DNA of 64,000 bases from Phycisphaerae bacterium (GTDB lineage: Bacteria; Planctomycetota; Phycisphaerae; UBA1845; Fen-1342). The number at the start of each line of letters is the position of its first letter. Position 1 is the first letter of the stretch. Below the pieces are notes generated by a model. It had not been told where the DNA came from. It saw nothing but the letters and a program-made list of their open reading frames with translations, and made no database searches. A program made the position numbers and the translations under genes. The DNA lies in the NCBI GenBank assembly GCA_963675745.2, contig CAXXWX010000012.1:18969-82968 (forward strand), given 5' to 3'. Positions 43,593 through 53,881 of this stretch are shown here, piece after piece.

Positions 43593-46339
43593 GTGTCCGA
43601 TTGCCCCCGCGGCGATGAGCTTCAACGTCGGCACGCCGGCGAGCTGGCGGAGGATGACGCCAAACGCATCGACGGGCACCTGTTGGCCTGCGCGGAGTGT
43701 GCCGCGAGATACAGCGCCTATCAGGAGTCCGAACGGGAGCTGCTCGCGGATCTGCGCGAGATTCGGGCGGCGGGGCTCGCGGACCTGGACACGCCGTCGC
43801 CGCCCACTGACGCCGCGCTCGGCTCGTCCCAACTGGCGATCGAGGGTTATGAGATCGTTGACGAGCTGCACCGTGGCGGGCAGGGCATCGTCTATCGTGC
43901 GCGTCAGCAACACACGCGACGCGAAGTTGCCATCAAGGTGTTGATCGCGGGAGCCTGTGCCTCACCGACGGCAAAACGGCGTTTCGAACGCGAGATCGAA
44001 CTGGCGGCCCAGCTCAGGCACCCGAACATCGTCACGGTTTTCCACTCCGGCCTGACGCCCGATGGCCGGCAATACTGCGTGATGGACTACGTGCGCGGGC
44101 GGCGCCTCGATCAATATGTGCGTGAAGAGGCACTCGCGCTCGACGGTGTGCTGGACCTGATCGCCACGATCTGTGACGCGGTCATGTATGCCCATCAGCG
44201 CGGGATCATCCATCGCGATCTCAAGCCCTCCAACATCATCATCGACGCGAGTGGGACACCGAAAGTGCTCGACTTCGGATTGGCCAAACGACTGATCGGC
44301 GCGGTGGACGCGGTTACCTCGCTGACCGGCGAGGTTTTCGGCACGCCGGCGTACATGTCGCCCGAGCAGGCGAGCGGCAAGCCCGAGGAAATCGACACGC
44401 GCAGCGACATTTACTCCCTCGGAGTGATCCTCTACCAACTGCTCACCGGCGGGTTTCCGTACCCCATTGATGTCCCGATTCCGGATGTGATCCGGCATAT
44501 CCGGGAGACAGCGCCAACGCGGCCGAGCGGCACCTGGACGCGCGAGAGCGGTGTCGCCAGGCGTTTGGCCGGACAGGTTCCGCCGACGAAATGCCCGATC
44601 GATGACGATGTGCAGACGATCGTCCTCAAGGCGCTCGCCAAGGAGCCTGAGCGTCGCTACCAGAGCGCGTTGGAGCTGGCCGGCGACTTGCGTCACTACC
44701 TGGCCGGCGAACCCATCGCCGCTCGGCGCACGAGTCACTGGTACGTGTTGCAAAAGACGGTGCGCCGCTACAAGGCGCGCTTCGCGGTGGCGGCCGCGAT
44801 GGTGTTGCTCGCAGTCGGCTCGACGATCGCATTGTCGATCATGTACGGCCGGCAGGCGCGCCTGTTGGCGCAGGTTGAGCGCGAGCGCAACCGGGCCGAA
44901 CATCGCTTTGACCAGGTTCGCACGCTGGCCGCTTCGTTCATGTATGACTTTCACGGCAAGATTGCCGATCTCAAGGGCGCCCTGCCGGCGCGACAGCTTC
45001 TGGTTACGACGGCGCTCGAGTACCTCGACAGCCTGGCCTCGGAGGCCGGCGATGATCCGGGTTTGTTGCGTGAGCTGGCGTCCGCTTACGAATACGTGGG
45101 CGACTTGCAGGGCAATCCCAACCAGGCCAATCTCGGCGACGCCGATGGAGCGCTCCAGAGCTACCAGAAGGGGTTGCAGATCGCCCGCGAACTCGTTGAC
45201 GCGAATCCCGACAGCGCCGTGCTCAGGTGCTCGCTGGCGATCGGTTACGAGAAGACCGCCGACATACAGCGTGTGCTCGGAATGTCACAGGAGGCGCTGG
45301 CGAATTACCAGCAGGCGCTGGCGGTCGCCGAGCAGTTGGCGCGGGTCGATCCGAACAACTCCTGGTATCGGCGCCGATTGGCGATAAGCCATGACAAGGT
45401 CGGCGACGCCCAGCGTGATCTCGGTCAAATCGACCAGGCGCTGGCCAGCTATCAAGAGAGTCTGGCGAGCCGTGAGGCGCAGGCCGAGGCCTTTCCCGAC
45501 AACGCCGATCTGCAGCGCGACCTGTATGTGAGTTACATCAAGGTGGCCAACATCCAGCGTGACTCCGGGCAACCCGCCGAAGCACTGGCCGGCTACCTGA
45601 TGGCCGCCGATATCGCCGAGACGCTCGTGAAGCTGCGTCCGCACCAGGTGCGCGCGCAGCGCGACCTCTACATTGTCCACAGCCAGATCGGGTATACGCA
45701 GGTGATGCTCGGCCGGGCGGCCGAAGCGGTTGCCAGCCACCGCCGGTCGGTGGAGGCCGCCCGGGAACTGACTCGCGCCGATCCGTCCGACGCGCGCGCC
45801 CAGGGCGACCTTGCGCTCGGCTACAACCTGCTTGGCGAGGCCCAGGTGGCGGCGCGCGAGCCGGCGGCGGCGCTGGAGACGTTTCAGAAGGCGCGCGAGA
45901 TTCTGGAGAAACTCGCCGCCGCCAGCCGCGAAGATGCCCACGTGCAGGCTGATCTCGCCTCCGCCCACAGCCAGATCGGCGGCATCCTGGCCGGCATGGG
46001 CCGCGTTGACGAGGGGCTGGCGGACTGTCTGAAGGGTCATGAGGTCTTCGAAGCGCTGGCCCGATCTCACCCCGACAACGCCCGATATCAGCGTGACCTG
46101 GCGGAGTCATTCCACCGCCTCGCAAATGCGTCGACATCGCCGCCGCCACCGAGGACGCCGCACCGACGGGCGTCCGGCTGCAAAGCTGGCACACAGCCCG
46201 CGGACGGCTGAAACGCGCACAGACCGTGCTCACGACGATGCGCGAAGCCGGCACGTTGCTCGAATCCGATTCGGTGCTTGTTGAGTCGGTCCAGTCCGAC
46301 CTGGGCCGGTGCGAATCAGCTATCGCCGAGCTCGAGTAA
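43593..46339 (+). CDS. Ser/Thr protein kinase with N-terminal zinc-finger (HxxxCxxC), TM and TPRs; frameshift near 46130
   Basis: HLLACAEC, HRGGQG, HRDLKPSN, DFGLAK, GTPAYMSPE. The called ORF ends at 46211 with aberrant sequence; an alternative frame gives ..LQSWHTARGRLKRAQ..CESAIAELE* ending at 46339. Confidence 0.88.
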
Positions 46340-46512
46340 ACCGGGGACCGACCCACGTACGCCTTGGCCTGGTGGCTTCGCGACAGAAATTCTCGGTTTT
46401 CTCCCAAATCCCCCATCAGCATTGGCAACCTCCCGTGTACCCCTGATGAGTGCCGCTGTCGAAGTGTGTTCGGCGGGTGAGCCGGTGGGCTCGGAAGTTC
46501 AGGAGGTCAGTT

Positions 46513-48753
46513 GTGAGTACGAAGCACGCAAACAAGCGCATGAGCAGAGGCTCGAGCAAGGCCGTGGCCCTGGTGCTGGCGGTCGTCATAAGTCTTGGCA
46601 GCATAGCGGGTTGCCCGTCACCGGCCCAGGTGGTCGTGTATGCGATCGCCTACCAGGCGTTCAGTTTCGTTCTGGAAGAGACCGGCAAGTTCCTCGTCAA
46701 GGCGGCCGAGGAGTTGCGGCAAGCGGGGATCGTCGCATTGCCGTTTGAAGGCACGCCAACCGACCAGCCCGCCAGCGGCACGCTCTCACTGGAGCCGGGC
46801 AAAGTTAAGGCTCTGCCGCTGCCCGGAGAATCGAAGCCGTTGACCCACCAGGGCATAGACGGGTCGGCAACGGTCGCCGTGTACATCTCGGGCGTTGGCT
46901 CGACGAATCCCTGCGAAGACGGAACGTACGTCGGATCGTACGAACTGACCATCGTCGGCGGCGCCGTCACCATAGCCAATCCGTCGCTCGACCTGCCACC
47001 GGCGGCGCTGGCCGAAGCCACCACCGGCGTATTCAGCATTTGTCTGGCGGTTACCAGCACCGTTGACGTGCAGTTGATTATCGAGGAGCTGGTTGTGACG
47101 TTTGGTCCGCCCGTTGGCGCCAACCCGCCAGGCGAACAGCCGCCGAGCGAGCAACCGCCCGCGGAGCAACCGCCATCGGAACAGCCGCCGTCGGAACAAC
47201 CGCCGTCGGAGCAGCCGCCTGCCGGGTTCAAGCTGGCAACGGTCGCCCACAGCGGTACGGAGGAGCTGCTGGTCGGCCCCAGTGACTACATCGACTCGTC
47301 GGTCGCGTTCCGCCTGGAGCACCCGTTCAACCTCGGCGGATACGCGCTCAGCGGCGATGGGCAGAAGGTCTGGTTCTGGACTTACTGGCACTGGAGCGCC
47401 GGCCCCGACATGCCCAACGACTGGGCCCGTGTCTACTCGATGAACATTGACGGCAGCAATCTGCAACGCTCGGACATTTCGCTGGATGACGCCTATGGCG
47501 GCTGGAACTCGCCCTTCTACGGCATCGCCACCGACTATGACGGCTCCGACGCGATCATCGAGCTGCACGTCGTGTACAACCCGGGTACGTTCTCGGAATA
47601 CGGCGCCTCGCGGTTCTTCCACTGCACGCCGGGCGCGCCGGCCGACATGGTGTACGACACGACCGACAACCCGCCGACCGGCAGCGGCGGGCGCGGCCTG
47701 CGGCTCAACGACAACGCGACGAAGTTCTTCTGGATCAACGCGTCCAATCTCTGGGCGGTTGACCTGGCCTCACCAGCCGCCGCGACGCAAATCTGCACCG
47801 TGGATCACCTGAATTTCTATGGCCCATGGGATCCGGTCACCGGCGGCGAGTTCGCCTCCTTCGACATCGACGCCGCCGGAACGACCTGGATGATCAACAT
47901 CCGCTTCTGGGACAACGACACCCAGTCCTCGCGCTGGGAATTGGCGTCCGGTGTTGGCGAACTGCCCGACAGCACCCAGGGCATCACTCTGGCGCGGGAA
48001 GGCCTGGTCGCACCGTATTTCTGCATGACCGACGACGCTTCGATGGTCGCGTATCACAGCCAGGCGGGCGGAAACTGGTGCTACGTGCAAGGTCCCGGCG
48101 GCACTGCGGACCTGACCGCCGACGGCCCGCCACACACCAAAGCCACGTACGATGTGCGGCTATCGGACAATGGCAAGATCGCATGGTTCTGGTACGAGGC
48201 GAACGGCGATCTCGGACCGGGCGGCGCGACCGTCCTGTATGACCTTGACACCAAGACCCGCCGCATGGCCGGCACCAACTACTTCTACGGCAGCTCCACC
48301 GGACATCAACTCAGCGACGACGGCAGCGTGGTGGCCGCGGTATTCCACTGTTGCCGAAGCGAGCCGCTTAACCACGTATACGTACTGCGTGACGGCGTCG
48401 GCGCACGGGCCGGCTTCCCGGCGATCAGCGAAATCGCGTACCGGTTTGACGACGACAGCGATGCGCTGATCGTGCGCATCAAGGCCACCGGCGAAAACGG
48501 CCTCGATCGCCTCTTCACCATGACGCACATCAATGGCATAAGCCCCGCCGGCTTCTATGCCGCCGAGGAGAGCCCGCTGCACGGCGAGAATGAGCACTTC
48601 GCGGCGGTTGAAGGTGAGACCGACGTGTACGAGCGCGTCATCTACCTGAACGGGAAGAAGGAGCTGTTCAACGGGTCGCAATACTTGCGGATCGTGGCGG
48701 CGGATGGCAAGAAATCCCGCGTTACCTACGTGGACATCGCCCCGCAGCCGTAG
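46513..48753 (+). CDS. large secreted/lipoprotein with EQPP linker and probable beta-propeller C-terminal region
   Basis: RBS AGGAGG then GTG at 46513; signal peptide ending IAGCP; repeated LS.DG/NG motifs. Confidence 0.7.
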   Translation: MSTKHANKRMSRGSSKAVALVLAVVISLGSIAGCPSPAQVVVYAIAYQAFSFVLEETGKFLVKAAEELRQAGIVALPFEGTPTDQPASGTLSLEPGKVKALPLPGESKPLTHQGIDGSATVAVYISGVGSTNPCEDGTYVGSYELTIVGGAVTIANPSLDLPPAALAEATTGVFSICLAVTSTVDVQLIIEELVVTFGPPVGANPPGEQPPSEQPPAEQPPSEQPPSEQPPSEQPPAGFKLATVAHSGTEELLVGPSDYIDSSVAFRLEHPFNLGGYALSGDGQKVWFWTYWHWSAGPDMPNDWARVYSMNIDGSNLQRSDISLDDAYGGWNSPFYGIATDYDGSDAIIELHVVYNPGTFSEYGASRFFHCTPGAPADMVYDTTDNPPTGSGGRGLRLNDNATKFFWINASNLWAVDLASPAAATQICTVDHLNFYGPWDPVTGGEFASFDIDAAGTTWMINIRFWDNDTQSSRWELASGVGELPDSTQGITLAREGLVAPYFCMTDDASMVAYHSQAGGNWCYVQGPGGTADLTADGPPHTKATYDVRLSDNGKIAWFWYEANGDLGPGGATVLYDLDTKTRRMAGTNYFYGSSTGHQLSDDGSVVAAVFHCCRSEPLNHVYVLRDGVGARAGFPAISEIAYRFDDDSDALIVRIKATGENGLDRLFTMTHINGISPAGFYAAEESPLHGENEHFAAVEGETDVYERVIYLNGKKELFNGSQYLRIVAADGKKSRVTYVDIAPQP
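47134..47220 (+). repeat. coding 15-bp tandem repeat (EQPP[S/A] x6)
   Basis: Six degenerate 15-nt units encoding EQPPS/EQPPA. Confidence 0.85.
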
Positions 48754-48779
48754 CGCCCGTTGCGCCGCGACTGGCATTC

Positions 48780-48815
48780 ACACGCTCGACGGTCACAATT
48801 GACCGCCGAGCGTGT
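48780..48815. terminator. stem-loop downstream of the secreted protein gene
   Basis: ACACGCTCG-a-CGGTCA-caat-TGACCG-c-CGAGCGTGT; no U tract. Confidence 0.45.
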
Positions 48816-49039
48816 CTGCATATTCAGTTCCGTCACGCAATTGCGGCGCCGTGTGCCCGGCCAAACTCGCATTGACCAACACGCCTCAGGCCGGCCGGGA
48901 GAATCCTAACCGCGCTTGCGGGCACTGAGCGGCTGCGCCCGGTAGCCACTGAATGCGCGGGCGTGGCCTTGCCGCCCATTGCACGCTAGGATGCGCGCGG
49001 CGGCTGGGATACGCGCGTGTCTAACAGGGGAGACGATCG

Positions 49040-50149
49040 ATGGCAGACAAGAACATCCGGATCGGCATCGTGGGCTGTGGCGGCTTTGCGCGTTTTGCGG
49101 GCGGGCACTTCGCGCGGCTCCCGGGCGTGTCTATTGCCGCCATGTGTGAACCGGACAGCCGTGCCGCCAAGCTGGGGGCCGAGGCGTTTGGCGTACCGAA
49201 CGAGCCCGATGCGGAGACACTGGTGGCCCGGGCCGATGTTGATCTGGTCTACATCGCCACGCCGCCCGCGCTGCACCACCCGCAGGCCCTGGCCGCGCTG
49301 AACGCCGGCAAGCACGTGATCTGCGAGAAACCTCTGGCCGTCACGAATGCCCAGGCTGACGAACTGGTGCGCGTCGCGCGCGAGAAGGACCTTTTGCTGG
49401 TCGCGAACCTGATGCAGCGCTACAACCCGGTATACGACGCGGTAAAGAGGGTTATCGACTCCGGAGTGCTGGGAGCGCCGCTGCACGGTTTCCTGGAGAA
49501 CTACGCCAGCGATAGCCAGTTGACACCCGATCATTGGTTCTGGGATCCGCGGCTCAGTGGCGGAATCTTCATCGAGCACGGCGTGCACTTCTTTGACATG
49601 TTCGAGGGTTGGCTCGGCGACGGGCGGGTCGTGGCGGCTCAGCGCTGCCTGCGCGACGGGCGATTCGAGGATCAGGTGCTCTGCACGGTCGCCTACCCCG
49701 GTGATGTGCATGTGAATTTCTACCACGGCTTCACACAGCCCGGGCCCTTCGATCGTCAGACGTTCCGGTTGCTGTTCGAGCGCGGCGATATCACGCTGTA
49801 TGAGTGGGTGCCGACCGAGATGGTCGTGCACGCGCTGGTGGATGACGATCGCCTAAGCCGGCTGAGTGAGCTGCTTCCCGGGTCGGGCATTGAAGTCGTC
49901 GCGACATACACCGGCGCGGGGCGCGAGTTCATCGGCCGACACAAGACATTTGAGGCGGACCGGATGGTCAACGTGCGACTCGGCAGCCGCGCTGACAAGA
50001 TGGCGCGTTACGGCGAGATCGTCGAGGCGATGCTCACCGATCAGGCGGCCTGGATCAGTGATCGGGGACATCGACGCAAGATTACCGAGGAGAACGGGCG
50101 CAAATCCGTGGCCCTGGCGGTGGCCGCGACCGAGTTGGCGGCCGGTTGA
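49040..50149 (+). CDS. Gfo/Idh/MocA family oxidoreductase
   Basis: IGIVGCG, IATPP..H, GKHVICEKP and SGGIFIEHGVHFFD motifs. Confidence 0.92.
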   Translation: MADKNIRIGIVGCGGFARFAGGHFARLPGVSIAAMCEPDSRAAKLGAEAFGVPNEPDAETLVARADVDLVYIATPPALHHPQALAALNAGKHVICEKPLAVTNAQADELVRVAREKDLLLVANLMQRYNPVYDAVKRVIDSGVLGAPLHGFLENYASDSQLTPDHWFWDPRLSGGIFIEHGVHFFDMFEGWLGDGRVVAAQRCLRDGRFEDQVLCTVAYPGDVHVNFYHGFTQPGPFDRQTFRLLFERGDITLYEWVPTEMVVHALVDDDRLSRLSELLPGSGIEVVATYTGAGREFIGRHKTFEADRMVNVRLGSRADKMARYGEIVEAMLTDQAAWISDRGHRRKITEENGRKSVALAVAATELAAG

Positions 50150-50165
50150 CCGGGAGGATGTGCGG

Positions 50166-51230
50166 ATGATCTCACGCCGGTCCGACGCATGTTTGCTGAA
50201 GCCGGCCGACGTGCCGGCGTCACGCGATGACTTCGAGGTGGTTGGCGCGTTCAACCCCGGTGCGGTTGCCGGCCGGGATGATGACGAGGTCATTCTGCTC
50301 GTGCGTGTGGCCGAACGGCCGAAAGCGCGGCGCGGCGGGTTTGTGCCCTTGCCGCGCTGGGATGTAGACGCGGGGCGGCCGGTCGTCGATTGGGTGCCCG
50401 CCGACCGGTTGGAAGTGGTCGATCCGCGCATCGTGCGGCAGAAGCACGACGACCTGTGGCGGCTTACGTTCACATCGCACATCGTCGTCATGCGCAGCCC
50501 GGACGGCCGCTCCACGGGCCCGCTCGACCGTATCCGTTTCGTGCCGGAGATGCCGTATGAGGAATACGGCGTCGAGGACCCCCGCATCACCCGCATCGAC
50601 GACACATACTATTTCACCTATGTAGCCGTCTCGCGGCACGGGGCGGCGACGGCGTTGGCTTCAACCACGGACTTCCGCACATTCACGCGCCACGGCATCA
50701 TCTTCTGCCCGGAAAACAAAGACGTGGTGCTCTTCCCGGAACGCATCGACGGCCAGTTTGCGGCCCTGCATCGGCCCAACCCGTCGTCGCCGTTCAACAT
50801 GCCCGAGATGTGGCTGGCCCGCTCGCCCGATTCGATCAACTGGGGTGGGCACACGCACTTCCTGGGCGGCGCCGGGACCTGGGATACGGGGCGCATCGGC
50901 GCCGGACCACCGCCCATCCGCACCGAAGCCGGCTGGTTGGAGATCTATCACGGCAACCAGAAGGAGTCCATTGACGGTGTGGTTGGCGCGTATGCGGCGG
51001 GCGCATTGCTGCTGGACGGCGAGAACCCGGCGCGCATCATCGCGCGCTCACCCGAGCCCATCCTCACACCCCAGGCCGACCATGAACGCAACGGCTTTGT
51101 GCCCAATGTGATCTTCCCGACGGGCATAGTCCGCCGCGGGGATGCGCTGCTGGTCTATTGTGGGGCGGCCGATACGGCGGTTGGTGTGGTGGAGCTGTCC
51201 TGGGATGAGTTGCGCGCCTCGTTGAGTTGA
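50166..51230 (+). CDS. GH130 glycosidase/phosphorylase
   Basis: GAFNPGA, YGVEDPRIT, NKDVVLFPE, LHRP, IGAGPPP, YHG and VPNVIFPTG motifs; RBS GGAGG. Confidence 0.9.
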   Translation: MISRRSDACLLKPADVPASRDDFEVVGAFNPGAVAGRDDDEVILLVRVAERPKARRGGFVPLPRWDVDAGRPVVDWVPADRLEVVDPRIVRQKHDDLWRLTFTSHIVVMRSPDGRSTGPLDRIRFVPEMPYEEYGVEDPRITRIDDTYYFTYVAVSRHGAATALASTTDFRTFTRHGIIFCPENKDVVLFPERIDGQFAALHRPNPSSPFNMPEMWLARSPDSINWGGHTHFLGGAGTWDTGRIGAGPPPIRTEAGWLEIYHGNQKESIDGVVGAYAAGALLLDGENPARIIARSPEPILTPQADHERNGFVPNVIFPTGIVRRGDALLVYCGAADTAVGVVELSWDELRASLS

Positions 51231-51437
51231 ATGGCATGTGATCTCGTGAAGTAGCGGCCGGCGCCCCGCCGCCCGTGGGAAGGCGGAAACGCTGTTCACA
51301 CACCGACGGCCTGCGAGGCGCAGGCCGCTACTGGATTTGTTCACCGGATGGCCGTGCTGACGCAGGGTAGGTCGTGTTGGTGCCGGCTAGGTCGAGATTC
51401 GCGAGACCTGCCGCTATGACTTAATGAGGACCACCCG

Positions 51438-53051
51438 ATGGCGATGGAAGTGGATCTGCTCATACGCAACGGCACGCTCTACGACGGTACCGGCCGGCCG
51501 GGCGTGGTTGGTGATATTGGCGTTGACGGCGATTCCATCGCGTGCGTGGGCGCCGGCGAACAAGCGCGCGGACGCGTCGAGATCGACGCGCAGGGTTTGG
51601 CCGTCGCGCCGGGCTTCATCAACATGCTCAGTTGGGCCAACGAAGCCCTCATTCACGATGGCCGCTCCCAAAGCGACATTCATCAGGGCGTCACGCTCGA
51701 AGTGCTTGGCGAGGGGCACTCGATGGGCCCATGGAACGACACGCTCAAGCAGGTGCAGCGCGAGCAGCAGGGGCAGATCAAGTACGACATTGACTGGACC
51801 ACGCTCGGCGAGTATCTCGACTGGCTGGTTGGCCGCGGCATATCGCCGAACGTCGCCTCGTTTGTTGGGGCCACCACGCTCCGTGAACACGAGATCGACT
51901 TTGAGAATCGCCGCCCGACCGCCGACGAGCTCGGGCATATGCAGGGGCTGGTGCGTCAGGCGATGGAAGAGGGGGCGTTGGGCCTTTCCTCGGCGCTGGT
52001 GTACTCACCCGCTGCATACGCCCAGACTGACGAGCTGATCGCGCTGGCGGCGGCCGCCGCTGAATACGACGGCTTGTACATTTCGCACTTGCGTAATGAA
52101 GCCGACAGTTTGCTGGAGGCGTTTGACGAGTTTTTGACCATCGCGCGCACCGCCGGCATCCGCGCCGAGGTCTATCACATCAAAGCGTCGGGCCGGGCGA
52201 ACTGGGAAAAGCTGGCAGCGCTGCTGGCCCGCATCGAGGCGGCCCGCGCCGATGGCCTGGCAATCACCGCCAACATGTATCCCTATGATGCCAGCTCCAG
52301 CGGCCTCGATGCGACCATGCCGCCCTGGGTTCAGGAGGGCGGGCACAAGGCGTGGGTGGCCCGGCTGCGCGATCCGGAGATTCGCACGCGCGTGGCCCGG
52401 GAGATGCAAACTCCGACCGCTGAGTGGGACAACTTCTACGTCTCCGCCGGTTCGCCCGACAACATCCTGCTCGTCGGCTTCAAGAACGACGCGCTCAAGT
52501 CACTCGCCGGCAAGACCGTGGCCCAGGTCGCGGCGCAGCGTGGGACATCGCCCGCGGACACGATCATGGACCTGGTTGTCGAGGACGATAGCAACGTCGG
52601 GGCGGCTTTCTTCTCGATGTCCGAAGACAATGTCCGCCTGAAAATCGGTAAGCCGTGGATCAGCTTCTGCTCCGACGCGCAGTCGATCGCCAGCGAAGGG
52701 CTCTTTCTGAAACGCAGTCCGCACCCGCGCACCTATGGCTCTTTCGCCCGCGTGCTCGGGAAGTACGTGCGCGACGAAGGGTTGATTACGCTGGAAGAGG
52801 CGGTTCGGCGTTTGACATCGCTGCCCGCGGATAACCTGCGCATCAAACGCCGTGGACGGCTGGTTGAGGGCTATTACGCCGACGTTGTCGTGTTCGACCC
52901 GGCGACTATCAAGGATCGCGCGACATTCAAGCAACCGCACCAATACGCCGCCGGCGTGCGGCACGTGTTTGTCAACGGCGTGCAGGTGCTCAAAGACGGC
53001 GAGCATACGGGCGCGAAGCCCGGGCGCGTGGTGCGGGGGAATGCAGAATGA
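51438..53051 (+). CDS. N-acyl-D-amino-acid deacylase (D-aminoacylase, amidohydrolase family)
   Basis: NGTLYDGTG, VAPGFINMLSWA, SHLRNE, HPRTYGSF, ADVVVFDP and VFVNG motifs. Confidence 0.9.
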   Translation: MAMEVDLLIRNGTLYDGTGRPGVVGDIGVDGDSIACVGAGEQARGRVEIDAQGLAVAPGFINMLSWANEALIHDGRSQSDIHQGVTLEVLGEGHSMGPWNDTLKQVQREQQGQIKYDIDWTTLGEYLDWLVGRGISPNVASFVGATTLREHEIDFENRRPTADELGHMQGLVRQAMEEGALGLSSALVYSPAAYAQTDELIALAAAAAEYDGLYISHLRNEADSLLEAFDEFLTIARTAGIRAEVYHIKASGRANWEKLAALLARIEAARADGLAITANMYPYDASSSGLDATMPPWVQEGGHKAWVARLRDPEIRTRVAREMQTPTAEWDNFYVSAGSPDNILLVGFKNDALKSLAGKTVAQVAAQRGTSPADTIMDLVVEDDSNVGAAFFSMSEDNVRLKIGKPWISFCSDAQSIASEGLFLKRSPHPRTYGSFARVLGKYVRDEGLITLEEAVRRLTSLPADNLRIKRRGRLVEGYYADVVVFDPATIKDRATFKQPHQYAAGVRHVFVNGVQVLKDGEHTGAKPGRVVRGNAE

Positions 53052-53071
53052 TGAATGCAGAATGCAGAAAC
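53039..53071 (+). repeat. GAATGCA-type heptamer tandem array (left arm)
   Basis: GAATGCA GAATGAT GAATGCA GAATGCA GAAAC; contains the deacylase stop codon. Confidence 0.8.
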
Positions 53072-53085
53072 CTGGGATTGTGACT

Positions 53086-53172
53086 CGCTGGTGCGAGAAT
53101 AACCCGCTGGTGCGAGACCGCTGGTGCGAGAATCCTTTCTCGCACCCACTCCCGGCGGGAATCCTTTCCCGC
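53086..53172. repeat. REP cluster left of RAYT
   Basis: Three copies of CGCTGGTGCGAGA; hairpins GGTGCGAGAA-TCCT-TTCTCGCACC (53123-53146) and GCGGGAA-TCCT-TTCCCGC (53155-53172). Confidence 0.85.
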
Positions 53173-53186
53173 CTCCCGCCGTCACC

Positions 53187-53720
53187 TCACATATCCAGCA
53201 CATCCATCTCCAGCAGGCAGTCCCGCTCCCCCTCATACCACGCCGCGGAACTGAACCGCCAATCGCGCGGCGCGTTCACGAGCCCCTTGCGCACCGGGTT
53301 TTCATGCAGATACGCCAGCTTCTGCTCAAACATTGCATGAGATTGGAGCAGTTGCGGGTGAAACCCGTCCTGCCACAATCCCAACTCGCCACGGCCGCGC
53401 CGGGCACGTTGTGTGGCGCGCGTCATCCACTCCAGCAGCGTGGTGCGCCCATCGCGCTTGAGCAGGTCATGGACCGAGCGTGACGTGAAGCGTTTGAAGT
53501 CGCGCATCGTGGCGTGCAGGTCTTCCGCCGCCGCGATCAGGTGCAGGTGGTGGGGCATCACGACGTAGGCGAAGAGCTCAAGGCCCTTGCTGGCGTGGCA
53601 GAAGCGCAGGCTCTCGATGATTGGGTCGATGTAGCGCTGGTCGATGAAGACCGGGATCCAGTCGAGGACGGTGATGGTACAGAAGTAAGGATAGTGCTCG
53701 TCGGCGCGGTAGCGCGTCAT
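53187..53720 (-). mobile_element. REP-associated tyrosine transposase (RAYT / TnpA-REP, Y1 HUH family)
   Basis: YFCTIT, AYVVMPHHLHLI (HUH), LWQDGFH and YLHENPVRKGLV..DWRFSSA motifs; flanked by inverted REPs. Confidence 0.92.
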
Positions 53721-53745
53721 GGCGGCGTCCGTGTCTTAAGGACGT

Positions 53746-53835
53746 GCGGGAAGGGATTCCCGCGGGGAGAGGTGCGAGAAAGGATTCTCGCACCAGCGGC
53801 AGCGGAATCGCTGGTGCGAGCACCCGCGCCAGCGG
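53746..53835. repeat. REP cluster right of RAYT (inverted copy of the left cluster)
   Basis: 53746-53798 is a near-perfect reverse complement of 53119-53172, plus one degenerate copy. Confidence 0.85.
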
Positions 53836-53841
53836 CCGTGC

Positions 53842-53881
53842 GTTTCTGCATTCTTCATTCCGCATTCTTCATTCTTCATTC
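53842..53881 (-). repeat. GAATGMA-type heptamer tandem array (right arm, inverted)
   Basis: Minus strand reads GAATGAA GAATGAA GAATGCG GAATGAA GAATGCA GAAAC; contains the dacB stop codon. Confidence 0.8.

Noticed and set aside
53086..53172. CRISPR-like repeat array
   Set aside because: The repeats are short and irregularly spaced with no unique spacers or cas genes; they are explained as REPs.
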